Part shown: piece after piece, positions 49,196 to 58,558 of the stretch | How positions within the stretch are numbered: the first letter of the stretch is position 1 | How the letters are laid out: every line of letters starts with the position of its first letter | Assembly: GCA_028285525.1 (NCBI GenBank) | Contig: JANQOZ010000106.1 | Location: forward strand, 18,822 to 82,821 | Source: Lysobacterales bacterium | GTDB lineage: Bacteria; Pseudomonadota; Gammaproteobacteria; Xanthomonadales; SZUA-38 | Reading direction: 5' to 3' | DNA length: 64,000 bases | The notes under the pieces: model-generated | What the model saw: the letters and a program-made list of their open reading frames with translations, nothing else | Told to the model about the DNA's origin: nothing | Databases searched by the model: none | Program-made: the position numbers and the translations under genes

Positions 49196-50392
49196 ATGCG
49201 TGCTTCGTTTCTGATTGTCATTGCGCTGGCTTTAAGCTCGGCTGTGCTCTGCGCCATCTTCGCGATGGCGTATCTCCAGCTGGGCCGGCGCCCGCACGCA
49301 AAAAGCTGGGCGCTCTCTTTTGGGGTTGCTGCGGCGATGTTCGCTGTCTCGCTGATCCGAGATCTTTTTCCCTCCGTGACCAGCTACTGGATTCTCTCAG
49401 CGGCCATGTCGTTCACGGCGGTTGCGCTTGGGATACGCGGACACCTCCAGCGCGTAGGAAAACAACTCGCTGCCAGCCACCTTTTGATTACCTTTGGCGG
49501 GTTCGCGCTGCTGGTCTGGTCGACCCTTATCAACCCTCACTTCGGGCTGCAGATTTCGCTCTTGCCGCTCCACGCGGCCATCTTTAACGGCTGGGCGGCA
49601 AGGCTCATCGTGACCTTCCGCGAGTCGCCTTCGGCGGTCGAGTGGGGAGCGGCCACGTCCTGCTCGGCGTTTGCGCTATGTCAGCTACTGGCGGGACTCA
49701 TCGCGCTTTCTCAAGGCGCAACGATGAACCCCGAAACTATGGCGCTCTACTCAACGGTGAATTTTGTTGCGATGCCCGCCTGCTTCCTCGGGATGGGGAT
49801 GTTTGCAGTTTTCATTCTTGCCAGTGATCTGGCGGAAGAGATGCGCCGGCTGGCGGGGGTCGACCCTCTTACCGGGCTCGCCAATCGCCGCGGCATGAAA
49901 GACGCCATGGTTCGAGCCTGGTCGTCAGCGCAAAGAGCGGATCAACCGGTGTCGCTGTTGCTGGCGGATTTGGATAGCTTCAAGAAGATTAACGACAGGT
50001 ATGGGCACGACGCAGGTGACTCGGTGTTGAAGGAGGTCGCTGAGCGGCTCACCGCTCATCGTCGCGCTGATGACCTGGTCGCCCGCTGGGGCGGGGAAGA
50101 GTTTGTGGTGATGCTGACCGGGCCGTCAAACGATGAAGCGCTCGCCATCGCGAGGCAGATTGACGCCCGAATTCAGGCGTCTGCTGTTCACACCCTGGCA
50201 GGCCCGGTTGAGGCGTCGGCCAGCATCGGCGTTGCCACCGCAACAACCGACTCCGGCAGTATCGAGGAACTGCTGCGCCAGGCAGATGCCGACATGTACG
50301 AACGAAAAGTCGCCAGGAAAGCCGAACGAAAGCGCAGCCTCCATTCGGAGGCTGTGCCGTCACTCTCAACGGTACCAGGGCTGTCTGGCTGA
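49196..50392 (+). CDS. Membrane-bound diguanylate cyclase (GGDEF domain, GGEEF active site)
   Basis: The N-terminal half is polytopic. The C-terminal GGDEF domain has DPLTGLANRRG, FKKINDRYGHDAGD and RWGGEEFVVML. Confidence 0.9.
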   Translation: MRASFLIVIALALSSAVLCAIFAMAYLQLGRRPHAKSWALSFGVAAAMFAVSLIRDLFPSVTSYWILSAAMSFTAVALGIRGHLQRVGKQLAASHLLITFGGFALLVWSTLINPHFGLQISLLPLHAAIFNGWAARLIVTFRESPSAVEWGAATSCSAFALCQLLAGLIALSQGATMNPETMALYSTVNFVAMPACFLGMGMFAVFILASDLAEEMRRLAGVDPLTGLANRRGMKDAMVRAWSSAQRADQPVSLLLADLDSFKKINDRYGHDAGDSVLKEVAERLTAHRRADDLVARWGGEEFVVMLTGPSNDEALAIARQIDARIQASAVHTLAGPVEASASIGVATATTDSGSIEELLRQADADMYERKVARKAERKRSLHSEAVPSLSTVPGLSG

Positions 50393-50400
50393 CTCCCTAG

Positions 50401-51180
50401 CTACTCCATGTCGACGACGATCGTGACGCCTTCGGGTACCGCAAAGAGCTCTGAGGGCAGAGGCTCATCGAAGGTATAGGTCGCCTCGAGCGTCATTCCG
50501 TCGCCAATGTTAGCCTCGAGCCTTACGGGCTGGTTGGTATCCACGTCAGCCCACAGGGTGACACGCGTCGCGTCAATCTCCAGGCGGTAGCCGCGGCAGG
50601 GCAGGCCGTCGATGGTTCGAGTCTCCTCGAGCGGCTCGGCCATTCCTTGAAAGTCTCTTAGTTCGGCAAACCAAGCCAGCGACTCGTTACCCACCGCGGC
50701 CGCATCAACTGCCGAGTCCCAGCCCGTGTTGGCCGGAATGGCGATGCGCATCGCTTGATTACCCGGCAGCAGCGTGGTCATCGTGGCCGATTCCGGGTCG
50801 ACGATGTGGGTCACCGGGCCCGTTTCGATGCGGGCAAAACCGCTCGCTTCCGCCATGACGTCGATTTCCGTAACGATGGCGCCTCCGGTCTCGAATGTCA
50901 TATGCATGTGGACGGTTTCGAAGTTTCGAAACCACTCCTGGACCGACGCAAACGCCACGCCGTTGCCTGGTACCAGGAGCGGAAACAGCCCAACGCAAGC
51001 GACGAGCACGAGGGCGGCGCTAGCCCAACGCAGGGGGCCTGCGAAACGGGAGGCCGGGCGGGGTGAGGGCAGTTGCTCCTGAAATCGTCGCGCCGCCTGC
51101 TCAACGGCGGCCTGCGGCGTGTCAGATCGCGCAGCTTCGACGCAGGTGTCCAGCAGGTTGTTGGTCATTTCCGTAGTCAT
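50401..51180 (-). CDS. Anti-sigma factor-like single-pass protein with a LolA-like/DUF4367-like periplasmic domain
   Basis: There is an ATGA overlap with the upstream ECF sigma gene. The layout is a ~50-aa cytoplasmic N-terminus, one TM helix (ALVLVACVGLFPLLV) and a ~190-aa beta-rich periplasmic domain. Confidence 0.6.
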   Translation of the reverse strand: MTTEMTNNLLDTCVEAARSDTPQAAVEQAARRFQEQLPSPRPASRFAGPLRWASAALVLVACVGLFPLLVPGNGVAFASVQEWFRNFETVHMHMTFETGGAIVTEIDVMAEASGFARIETGPVTHIVDPESATMTTLLPGNQAMRIAIPANTGWDSAVDAAAVGNESLAWFAELRDFQGMAEPLEETRTIDGLPCRGYRLEIDATRVTLWADVDTNQPVRLEANIGDGMTLEATYTFDEPLPSELFAVPEGVTIVVDME

Positions 51181-51737
51181 TGTGTTTCTCCAGTGATTTG
51201 AGGCGCGGCATCCAGGAGACGGTTCAGGTCCTCAGACAGGCGTTTGCGGAGCCGGTGCAGGGCAACACCGACGGCGTTTGCGCTCATTCCTAGCTCACGA
51301 CCGATTTCTGCTTGATCAAGGTCCGCAAAACACTGCAGCGAAAACAGCTTGGCGTCGCGTTCAGAAAGCGCCGCGACGGCGTTACGAAGCGCCTCGGCAC
51401 GCTGGCGTTGGACCAGCTGTTCGTCGGGTTCTTCGGGCTGCGTTAGATCGACCGGAAGCTGCGACGGATCCCGGCGCCTGCGCAGCCGATCAATCGCCCG
51501 ATTCACCGCCATCTTCTTGAGCAATGCCGGCCAGCTTCGAACTTCCGCTGGACGTTTCCTTAAGAGCTTCTCTGCGATGTCCTGGGCAACATCTTCGGCT
51601 TCGGCCACGTCGCCAAGCACCCTGGCCGCTGCGCTGATCATCAGGCCCGCATGGGCACGAAGCGCCTCGATGAGTTCCTCCTCATCGACGCGGCTGGGAA
51701 AGAAGCGCGCCATCAGGTCCCGCGTTCGGGTGGTCAT
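51177..51737 (-). CDS. ECF sigma factor (third in the window)
   Basis: The ATG at 51737 has GAGGA 7 nt upstream; the track's TTG at 51767 was rejected. Region 2 is EDVAQDIAEKLL...AVNRAIDRLRRR and region 4 is DLDQAEIGRELGMSANAVGVALHRLRKRL. Confidence 0.9.
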   Translation of the reverse strand: MTTRTRDLMARFFPSRVDEEELIEALRAHAGLMISAAARVLGDVAEAEDVAQDIAEKLLRKRPAEVRSWPALLKKMAVNRAIDRLRRRRDPSQLPVDLTQPEEPDEQLVQRQRAEALRNAVAALSERDAKLFSLQCFADLDQAEIGRELGMSANAVGVALHRLRKRLSEDLNRLLDAAPQITGETQ

Positions 51738-51806
51738 TTCATCGTCCTCTCGGCTGCCGTTCGACAAGGAGACGTGGGTCTGCGGACTTTCTTACACACG
51801 CAAGAC

Positions 51807-51845
51807 AAAAAAAGGGGTCAGGTTCGGACATTGAACCTGACCCCC
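51807..51845 (-). terminator. Rho-independent terminator downstream of the beta-helix/PPC gene
   Basis: 12-bp stem ggggtcaggttc (51814-51825) / gaacctgacccc (51833-51844) with a 7-nt loop. On the minus strand it is followed by a run of seven U (A-run 51807-51813). It lies 22 nt after the stop at 51867. Confidence 0.8.
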
Positions 51846-51866
51846 GTTTTGGCAGCACCCGTGCCG

Positions 51867-53978
51867 TCAGGCGGAATCGATCTCTAGCAGGTAGCGGTTT
51901 TGGATGTCGCCGACGCCAAACACGCGCAGCGTGTATTCGCCGCCCTCGCCAGGGGGAACCAGATAATTGACCGATTCGTTATTGGTTGTGGAGTCGCCTC
52001 GAGCGACCACAGTGCCAGAGGGGTCGAGCAGCTCAAAGTCAATGTTGCCGTCGGCATGATCAAAAGTTGCCGTGAGAAACACGACCTCATTTTCCTCCGC
52101 CGTAAACCGAAAGAAATCGTCATTGCCACCGCAGCTTACAAAGCTGTCGCGCTCGAACGGCGGTAGGATGACTGTCGGCGCCGCCATGGAGTCGTTGGGT
52201 TCCCAGCCGTCGTCAAGCGGGCAGAGCTCTTCGAGGCCGTCGGAGAATAGTTTGCTGGTTGCGCCCACCTGGCTGAAAAATACCCGGCCGAAGAATTCGT
52301 TCTCGTTGGCGTTGGGTGATTCCAGGATCCGCAGCGTGTCGAAGACAATTGGCGTCCATATTCCGACGAAGTTGTCTACGGACGGGTTCGGCGTTCGAAA
52401 CGAGAGCGTCCCGACTTCCCGGCCGAGTAGAAACATCACGGCGTCAAAGGTGGAAGGGCTGGATCCGCCGGATGCGTCGTCAAACTCAATACCCAGCCCT
52501 CGAACCGATTGGCCAATTGCCTGGATATTCAGGTTCTCGGCGTCGTTGATCGCCAATTCGATGTTGTTGTCGCCGGGAAAGTCCGCCGGCCAATTGCTGA
52601 AATTGAGCGACGAGGGTGCCACCGCCGAGAGCGTGACACCGCCGCTGACAAAAGGCTCGCCCGGGCTGCTGTTGTTGGGATAGGGGTCTGATACAACAAA
52701 CCCCGCCGGTGCGCCTTCAAACACCTCCCGACGGGTGATCAGCAGCGGCGCCTCGGCGTCAAACTCATAGGCCCCGATGTCCGGGCCGCCGCCAATTCGT
52801 CGGGTCGCGCCGTCCGCGTCCAGCCGGAAGGAGCCATCACCGCTGGCACCCCTATCGATCAGGAATGACTCTTTGCGCAGCCGGAAATCGGCACCGGCAA
52901 TGTCAACAAACTGAGGATCAAGCGCCATCACGCCGTCAGCCGCCGAGCCGTCCAGCCCCACATCCGGCTGACCGTTGTTGAAGCTGTTGTTGTTCAATAC
53001 CAGCAGGCTCGAGGCAGCACCGCCAAGGTTGAGCCGATACCCCGACTGGCGCGCTTCGGAAACCGTGTTGTTGATGATCCTGAGCGAGATGACGGCGCCA
53101 GCGTCCACCACAAAAACGTCAATGCCGTCACCCATGCGTTGGATGTCGTGCAGCGTGTTGTGTTGAAAGTCAGCGTTGACCTCCGCCGCCTCTTCGACGC
53201 GAAGCTGAATCCCACTGGCGTTGCCGCAGGAACATCCGGCGACCGAGTAAACCACGTTGCCGTAGGCCCGCAGGTCGTGTGTCCCGGTGCCGATAATTCG
53301 GTAGCTCAGACCGGAGTTGCTCTCTTCCGGCAGGCTGGTGGTGACAATGTTGTCGAGAAAGTCGACAGTCGTTGCAGCGCCCTCGCTCTGCACCCGGATG
53401 CCTTGCCCGGTGCTCGCAATATGATTGCGTTCGATGACCGTCGTGGTCGGAACCTCCACCCGCAAATCGATGGCGCCGGAATTATTGTTGTCCAGCTGGA
53501 ACGTCATCCGGTTGTTTCTGAGCAGCAGCTCATGGCCCGTGCCAAACCGCACCACGCCGGTCAGCCGAGCGTTGTCGAACGTCAGATCTTCGACGATGAC
53601 CCGCTGGTTGTCACCGCTTATGCCCGTTTGCCCCAGACCACCAAAATCGATACCGCGAGTGTTTTCGCTGCCGCCGATCACGGGCGTAAAGCCGGGAGCG
53701 GGACGCAGCCTCAGGGTGCGTCCGATGAACAGCTGTTCGTCGATCGGCGTGTTGGTCGCAATGTCGATGGTGTCACCCTCGGCGGCTGCGGAGATGCAGC
53801 CCTGGAGCGTCGTGTCGCAGGGGGCCGGGCCTGGGTAAATGAGCTGGGCTGCCCGCACCGATCCGGCGATTGACAGGACCGCAAGCGCAAACAGCGCTGG
53901 AAGGAGGGAGGTGGTGGCCTGCACAAGGAGATTCGTTCTTCTGCCCCAAATCAAGGGCGCGATAGTCGGCTTGGTCAT
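51867..53978 (-). CDS. Secreted right-handed beta-helix protein with a C-terminal bacterial pre-peptidase (PPC) domain
   Basis: The ATG at 53978 has GAGGA upstream, followed by a signal peptide (...LLPALFALAVLSIAGSVRAAQ). Beta-helix repeats follow. The last ~115 aa (WEPNDSMAAP...GGNDDFFRFTAEENEVVFLTATFDHADGNIDFELLDPSG...GEYTLRVFG) match the PPC-domain pattern. LFSDGLEE sits immediately before it. Confidence 0.8.
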   Translation of the reverse strand: MTKPTIAPLIWGRRTNLLVQATTSLLPALFALAVLSIAGSVRAAQLIYPGPAPCDTTLQGCISAAAEGDTIDIATNTPIDEQLFIGRTLRLRPAPGFTPVIGGSENTRGIDFGGLGQTGISGDNQRVIVEDLTFDNARLTGVVRFGTGHELLLRNNRMTFQLDNNNSGAIDLRVEVPTTTVIERNHIASTGQGIRVQSEGAATTVDFLDNIVTTSLPEESNSGLSYRIIGTGTHDLRAYGNVVYSVAGCSCGNASGIQLRVEEAAEVNADFQHNTLHDIQRMGDGIDVFVVDAGAVISLRIINNTVSEARQSGYRLNLGGAASSLLVLNNNSFNNGQPDVGLDGSAADGVMALDPQFVDIAGADFRLRKESFLIDRGASGDGSFRLDADGATRRIGGGPDIGAYEFDAEAPLLITRREVFEGAPAGFVVSDPYPNNSSPGEPFVSGGVTLSAVAPSSLNFSNWPADFPGDNNIELAINDAENLNIQAIGQSVRGLGIEFDDASGGSSPSTFDAVMFLLGREVGTLSFRTPNPSVDNFVGIWTPIVFDTLRILESPNANENEFFGRVFFSQVGATSKLFSDGLEELCPLDDGWEPNDSMAAPTVILPPFERDSFVSCGGNDDFFRFTAEENEVVFLTATFDHADGNIDFELLDPSGTVVARGDSTTNNESVNYLVPPGEGGEYTLRVFGVGDIQNRYLLEIDSA

Positions 53979-54061
53979 ACGGTTCCTCGTTGATCCACCA
54001 AGTCTCACCCTAGCGGCGATTAGCCTTTTTGACTACAGGGTGCATGAAGCTGGTGTGGCCA

Positions 54062-57000
54062 CTAACCTCGCTCCGGGACCGCCTCGGGCGCCACATGCTC
54101 CTCGATGCCTAACAGCCGGTGGAAGAAGACCTCGATGCCTCGCACGTAGGAGAACACGACGGGTACCACCAGCAGGCTGAGCGCGGTCGACGAGATCAGG
54201 CCGCCGATCACCGCAACCGCCATCGGCTGGCGGAAAGTGCCGCTGCCGCCGAGGCTCAGCGCCAGCGGCGTCATGCCGGCGACCATCGCTACCGTGGTCA
54301 TCAGAATCGGGCGCGCGCGTTTGCGACAGGCGTCGATCAGGGCCTCGATGCGGTGTTTGCCCTCCTCCTGCATGCTCACCACGGCAAAGTCCACCAGCAG
54401 GATCGAGTTCTTGGTGACGATACCCAGCAGCATCACCAGGCCGATCAGCGACGGCAGGCCCAGCTCGCTGCCGGAGATCAGCAAGGCGATCATGGCGCCG
54501 CCCACCGACAGCGGCACCGCGGACAAAATCGTGATGGGCTGGAACCAGTCTTTAAACAGCAGCACCAGCACGCAGTAGACGCACAGCACGCCCGTCGCGA
54601 GCGCCAGCAGAAAGCCTGAGAACAAGGCCTGCTGATTCTCAGCATCTCCCGACTCCAGCAGGGCGACCGAATTGGGTCGGCCAGCTATGGATGGCAGCGC
54701 CTTGGCGGTAGCCAGGGCTTCACCCAGCGGATAACCCCCCAGATCTGCGGTGATGCTGACCTGGCGCTGCCGGTCGTAGCGATTGATCTGGGTGGGGCCA
54801 CTGGAAACCGAAATATCGGCGACGCTCGCCAGCGGCACCAATCCGTTCCTACCCGGCACCCGCAGGGCGGAGATCGCGTCGAGATCAGCCCGTACGCTCT
54901 CCGACATCATCACCCGGATATCGATCTGACGCTGGTCCAGGTTGAGCTTCGCCAGCGATGAGTCAAAGTCGCCGCTGAGCGCAACCCGCAGCGTCGCGCC
55001 GATGGCCTGGGTGGTGACGCCCCGCTCGGCGGCGCGCTGCGGGTTCGGGCGGATCACAATCTCCGGCCGTTCCAGGCTGGCGGTTGAGGTAACCCCGGTC
55101 AGGTACGGTACGTTCCGAAGCTCCCGCTCCGCGGCCTTGGCGGTGGCGTTGAGCGCCCGCGCGTCGCTGCTGGCCAGGATCAGCTCCAGCCGGCGGCCCG
55201 GGCCGCCACCGGTGACGGAGAAGCGGCCTCCCGGGACCTCTTTCAGCCGGTTCCGAATATCCCACTCGATATCCTGCTGGTGCCGTCGCTGGCTGCGTTC
55301 GGCCAACACCACCGACAGCGTGGCCTGCCGCACCTCGCCGGCGTTGCTTTTGTCCGGGTCGCCCACCGTGGTGAAGATGGTGACCACGCCCGGCGTCTGC
55401 CTGATCGCGCGTCGTGCTGACTCGGCGATCTCCTGTGTCGACTCCAGGCTCGAACCCGGCGGTGACTCGATCGTGACGGTGGTGGTGCCGGTGTCGGTGG
55501 CCGGGATAAAGCCGGTCGGAATCAGCGGAACCAGCAGCACGGCCATCGCAAAGAAACCGATTCCCGCGGCCAGCGTCGTTTTACGGTGATGCAGGCACCA
55601 GGCAACAAGCCGCAGGTAACCGGCCAGCAGCGGCCCGTCGCGCTGGTCATGTTCCTTGGTGGGCTTGCGCACCATCCAGATCGCCATCACCGGCGTGATC
55701 ACCCGGGCCACCAGCAGCGATACGACTACCGCAAACACCACCGTCCAGCCAAACTGCTTGAATACCAGGCCGGGTACGCCGTCCATAAACGCCGTCGGCA
55801 GGAACACCACTACCAGCGTCGCGGTGGTCGCTACCACCGCCAGCGCAATCTCTTTTACCGCATCAACGGTGGCCTGCCGCACCGACTTACCCTGACGCAG
55901 GTGTCGGGCGATGTTTTCCACCTCGACGATGGCATCGTCGACTAATATGCCGACCACCACCGACAAAGCCAGCAGCGTGATGAAGTTGAGCGTGTAGCCA
56001 ACCCAGGACATGAAGGCAAAAGCCGGAATGATCGACAGCGGCAGCGCCACGGCCCCGATCAGCGTCGCCCGCCAGTCGCGCAGGAACAGCCAGATCACCA
56101 GCACCGCCAGCAGCGCGCCTTCGTACAGCACGCGCATCGATCCGTCGAAATCGCGTTTGGTGGTGGTCACCGTGGTGGCCACGAGCTGATACTTAACGTC
56201 CGGATAGGTCTCGCCGACCTTTTCCAGTACCTCGGCCACCCGTTGTGCCGTCGTGATCTCGTCGAAGCCTTTGGTGCGCAGCACCTGGAACCCCAGCGCC
56301 GGCTGGCCGTCCAGCAGCGCCGCCTGCGTTCGGTCGGCGTGGGTGTCCGACACCGTGGCCACCTGGTCCAGGCGGATGAAACGTCCGTCGCTGAGCGCAA
56401 TCGGCAGCGCCGCCAGCTCGTCTGCGGTTCGCACCGTGGCGATGGTCCGCACGCCCTGCTCGCGTCCACCGACCGTACCCCGGCCGCCGGAGGCTTCCGC
56501 CTGCACCGTGCGCAGGGCGCGGGAGATATCCAGCGCGGTGACGTTGAGCGACGCCAGCCGCGTCGGGTCCACCACCACGTGCACCTCCCGCTGTACGCCA
56601 CCCAGCCGCTGGAACTCGCCAACTCCGGGAATTCCCAGGATCGGTTTGGCCAGGGTGTCGTCGACGAACCACGACAGCGCCTCCTCGTCGCGCTGGTCGC
56701 TGTAAACGCCGTAGCTCAACAGCGCGCCGCCGGGCCCAACCTGCACCTTGCTGATCTGCGGCTCTTCCAGGTCCGCAGGCAGGTCCGTACGGATCCGGTC
56801 TACCGCGTCCTTGACGTCGGCCAGCGCCTGCGTGAGCTCTGTATCCAGCTCAAAGTCCACCCGCATCGTGACGTTCCCATCGGTGATGGTCGTCTGGATA
56901 TGCTTGAGTCCGGTTAGGGTTGCCATGGAGTCTTCCACAGGGCGCGCCACCTCGGTCTCGAGCTGGGCCGGGGCCGCACCCGGCAGCTGCAGCTTCAGGT

Positions 57001-57136
57001 TGATTCGCGGCAGATCCAGGTCGGGAAAGCTCTGGACGGACAACGTGTTGAATCCCACTAACCCCGCCAGCGTCGCCAGCGCAAACAGCAGGATCGACGG
57101 GATCGGGTTGCGGATGGACCAGGTGGCAAGATCCAT
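54062..57136 (-). CDS. RND-family efflux transporter, inner-membrane permease (AcrB/HAE1-like)
   Basis: 1024 aa with 12-TM RND architecture and two large periplasmic loops. Typical motifs: IRNPIPSILLF, VGILVDDAIVEVENI, LMTTVAMVAGMTPLAL. Confidence 0.97.
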   Translation of the reverse strand: MDLATWSIRNPIPSILLFALATLAGLVGFNTLSVQSFPDLDLPRINLKLQLPGAAPAQLETEVARPVEDSMATLTGLKHIQTTITDGNVTMRVDFELDTELTQALADVKDAVDRIRTDLPADLEEPQISKVQVGPGGALLSYGVYSDQRDEEALSWFVDDTLAKPILGIPGVGEFQRLGGVQREVHVVVDPTRLASLNVTALDISRALRTVQAEASGGRGTVGGREQGVRTIATVRTADELAALPIALSDGRFIRLDQVATVSDTHADRTQAALLDGQPALGFQVLRTKGFDEITTAQRVAEVLEKVGETYPDVKYQLVATTVTTTKRDFDGSMRVLYEGALLAVLVIWLFLRDWRATLIGAVALPLSIIPAFAFMSWVGYTLNFITLLALSVVVGILVDDAIVEVENIARHLRQGKSVRQATVDAVKEIALAVVATTATLVVVFLPTAFMDGVPGLVFKQFGWTVVFAVVVSLLVARVITPVMAIWMVRKPTKEHDQRDGPLLAGYLRLVAWCLHHRKTTLAAGIGFFAMAVLLVPLIPTGFIPATDTGTTTVTIESPPGSSLESTQEIAESARRAIRQTPGVVTIFTTVGDPDKSNAGEVRQATLSVVLAERSQRRHQQDIEWDIRNRLKEVPGGRFSVTGGGPGRRLELILASSDARALNATAKAAERELRNVPYLTGVTSTASLERPEIVIRPNPQRAAERGVTTQAIGATLRVALSGDFDSSLAKLNLDQRQIDIRVMMSESVRADLDAISALRVPGRNGLVPLASVADISVSSGPTQINRYDRQRQVSITADLGGYPLGEALATAKALPSIAGRPNSVALLESGDAENQQALFSGFLLALATGVLCVYCVLVLLFKDWFQPITILSAVPLSVGGAMIALLISGSELGLPSLIGLVMLLGIVTKNSILLVDFAVVSMQEEGKHRIEALIDACRKRARPILMTTVAMVAGMTPLALSLGGSGTFRQPMAVAVIGGLISSTALSLLVVPVVFSYVRGIEVFFHRLLGIEEHVAPEAVPERG

Positions 57137-57138
57137 CG

Positions 57139-58260
57139 TCAGGAGTCGCCGCTCTCGCCGGCAGCGTCAGGGTCGTCGACGACTTTCACGAGGTCACCGT
57201 TGTTGAGGAAACCCGCACCTTTGAGCACCAGCTTGTCGCCGGGCGAGATGCCGGACAGAATCTCGATCAGGTCGCCTTCGCGCCGGCCGGTATCGACCAC
57301 CAGCTCGTCCACGACGCTGCCCCTCAAGCGAAACAGCAGCGACCGGCCGTCCCGGATCACGATGCTTGCCGCCGGCACGACCACCGCTGGGGCGTTCCCC
57401 AGCTCCAGCCGGCCGCTGGCGAACATGCCGGCGCGCGCGTTGCTGTTCGGCTCGATGTCGACATAGGCGAGACCGAGCCGCGTCTGGTTATCCAGCGAAG
57501 CCGCCCGCTGACGTACGGTGCCTGTCGTGGTGGTGCCGTCGGGCAGCGTCAGCTTTGCGGTCATGCCCGGGCGAACGGCAGCGAACTGTGAGGGGTTCAG
57601 CTCGGCTCGCCATTCGAGGCGGCCCTGCCGGATCATGCGAAAGAGTTCACTGCCCGGCTGCGGCACCTGGCCGAGTGTCGCCGAGCGTGCGGTAATGACC
57701 CCGTCATCCGGCGCGATCACCTGGGTATCTTCCAGCCGAATCTGGAGTGACTTCAGTGAGGCCTCGGCCGCCGCAACCTGGGCGACGGTCGTGTCGGCCG
57801 TGGTAACCGCCTGCAGAATATCCTGCTCGCTGATCGCGCTGGATTTGCCCAGCGCCAGCACCCGATCTTTGTTGACCTCGGCCTGTTTGCGCATTGCTTT
57901 GGCCTCCGCGAGGTTAGCCTCGGCCTGGCTGATGTCGGCCTCCACGGCGCGAGCGTCAAAGCGGGCCAGCATCTGGCCTTGGGTCACCGTATCGCCGACG
58001 TCTGCGCTGATCTCCACCAGCGTGAGCCCCGAGACGCGCGCACCAACGACCGCCTCCTGCCAGGGCGCAATGGCGCCCTGCGCCACGACTACCTGCGGCC
58101 AGATCTCGCTGCTGGCGCTGACGGCCGATACCACGGCCACCGGAATCGGCTCCTGTGATGGCTTCTCGACGTCGTCGGCATCCTTCGGCGCTCGCACGAA
58201 GAAGGTAAGCCCCGCCAGCACGGCAACGGCCAGCAGGGGATAGAGCACTTTCTTCATCAA
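57139..58260 (-). CDS. RND efflux periplasmic adaptor (membrane fusion protein)
   Basis: 373 aa with an N-terminal anchor, a coiled-coil hairpin (ADISQAEANLAEAKAMRKQAEVN...) and beta-barrel/MP domains. It ends 2 nt before the permease start. Confidence 0.93.
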   Translation of the reverse strand: MMKKVLYPLLAVAVLAGLTFFVRAPKDADDVEKPSQEPIPVAVVSAVSASSEIWPQVVVAQGAIAPWQEAVVGARVSGLTLVEISADVGDTVTQGQMLARFDARAVEADISQAEANLAEAKAMRKQAEVNKDRVLALGKSSAISEQDILQAVTTADTTVAQVAAAEASLKSLQIRLEDTQVIAPDDGVITARSATLGQVPQPGSELFRMIRQGRLEWRAELNPSQFAAVRPGMTAKLTLPDGTTTTGTVRQRAASLDNQTRLGLAYVDIEPNSNARAGMFASGRLELGNAPAVVVPAASIVIRDGRSLLFRLRGSVVDELVVDTGRREGDLIEILSGISPGDKLVLKGAGFLNNGDLVKVVDDPDAAGESGDS

Positions 58261-58558
58261 TTCCTCAGCAGACGTTCAGTCCGCTTCTCCCGGGTGGCGG
58301 TTGGCGAGCTTCATTTGACCAAAGTGAGCATGCACATTGAAACTGCACGATTCTGTGAACAACTTAATTATCGCCCACTTTGCCCGTAAGTTTTGGTTAT
58401 GGTACGCGCTTTGAGGAAGGTCGAACCGCAAAGTAAGCGGCAAGCTGGAGATACGGTTCGCCGTAAGCCGGATCAGCTCTGACAAAATGTCGACGGATGG
58501 CACGATAGCGTGCTCTTATTGATTCAGACCTGCACGAATATTCGGGCATGATCAGACC

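Noticed and set aside
16945-51821. Recurrence of the octamer ggggtcag at 16945, 37535 and 51814 as a possible repeat family
   Set aside because: Only the 8-mer is shared and the sequences diverge immediately afterwards. Two to three hits of a GC-rich 8-mer in 128 kb of two-strand sequence is the chance expectation.
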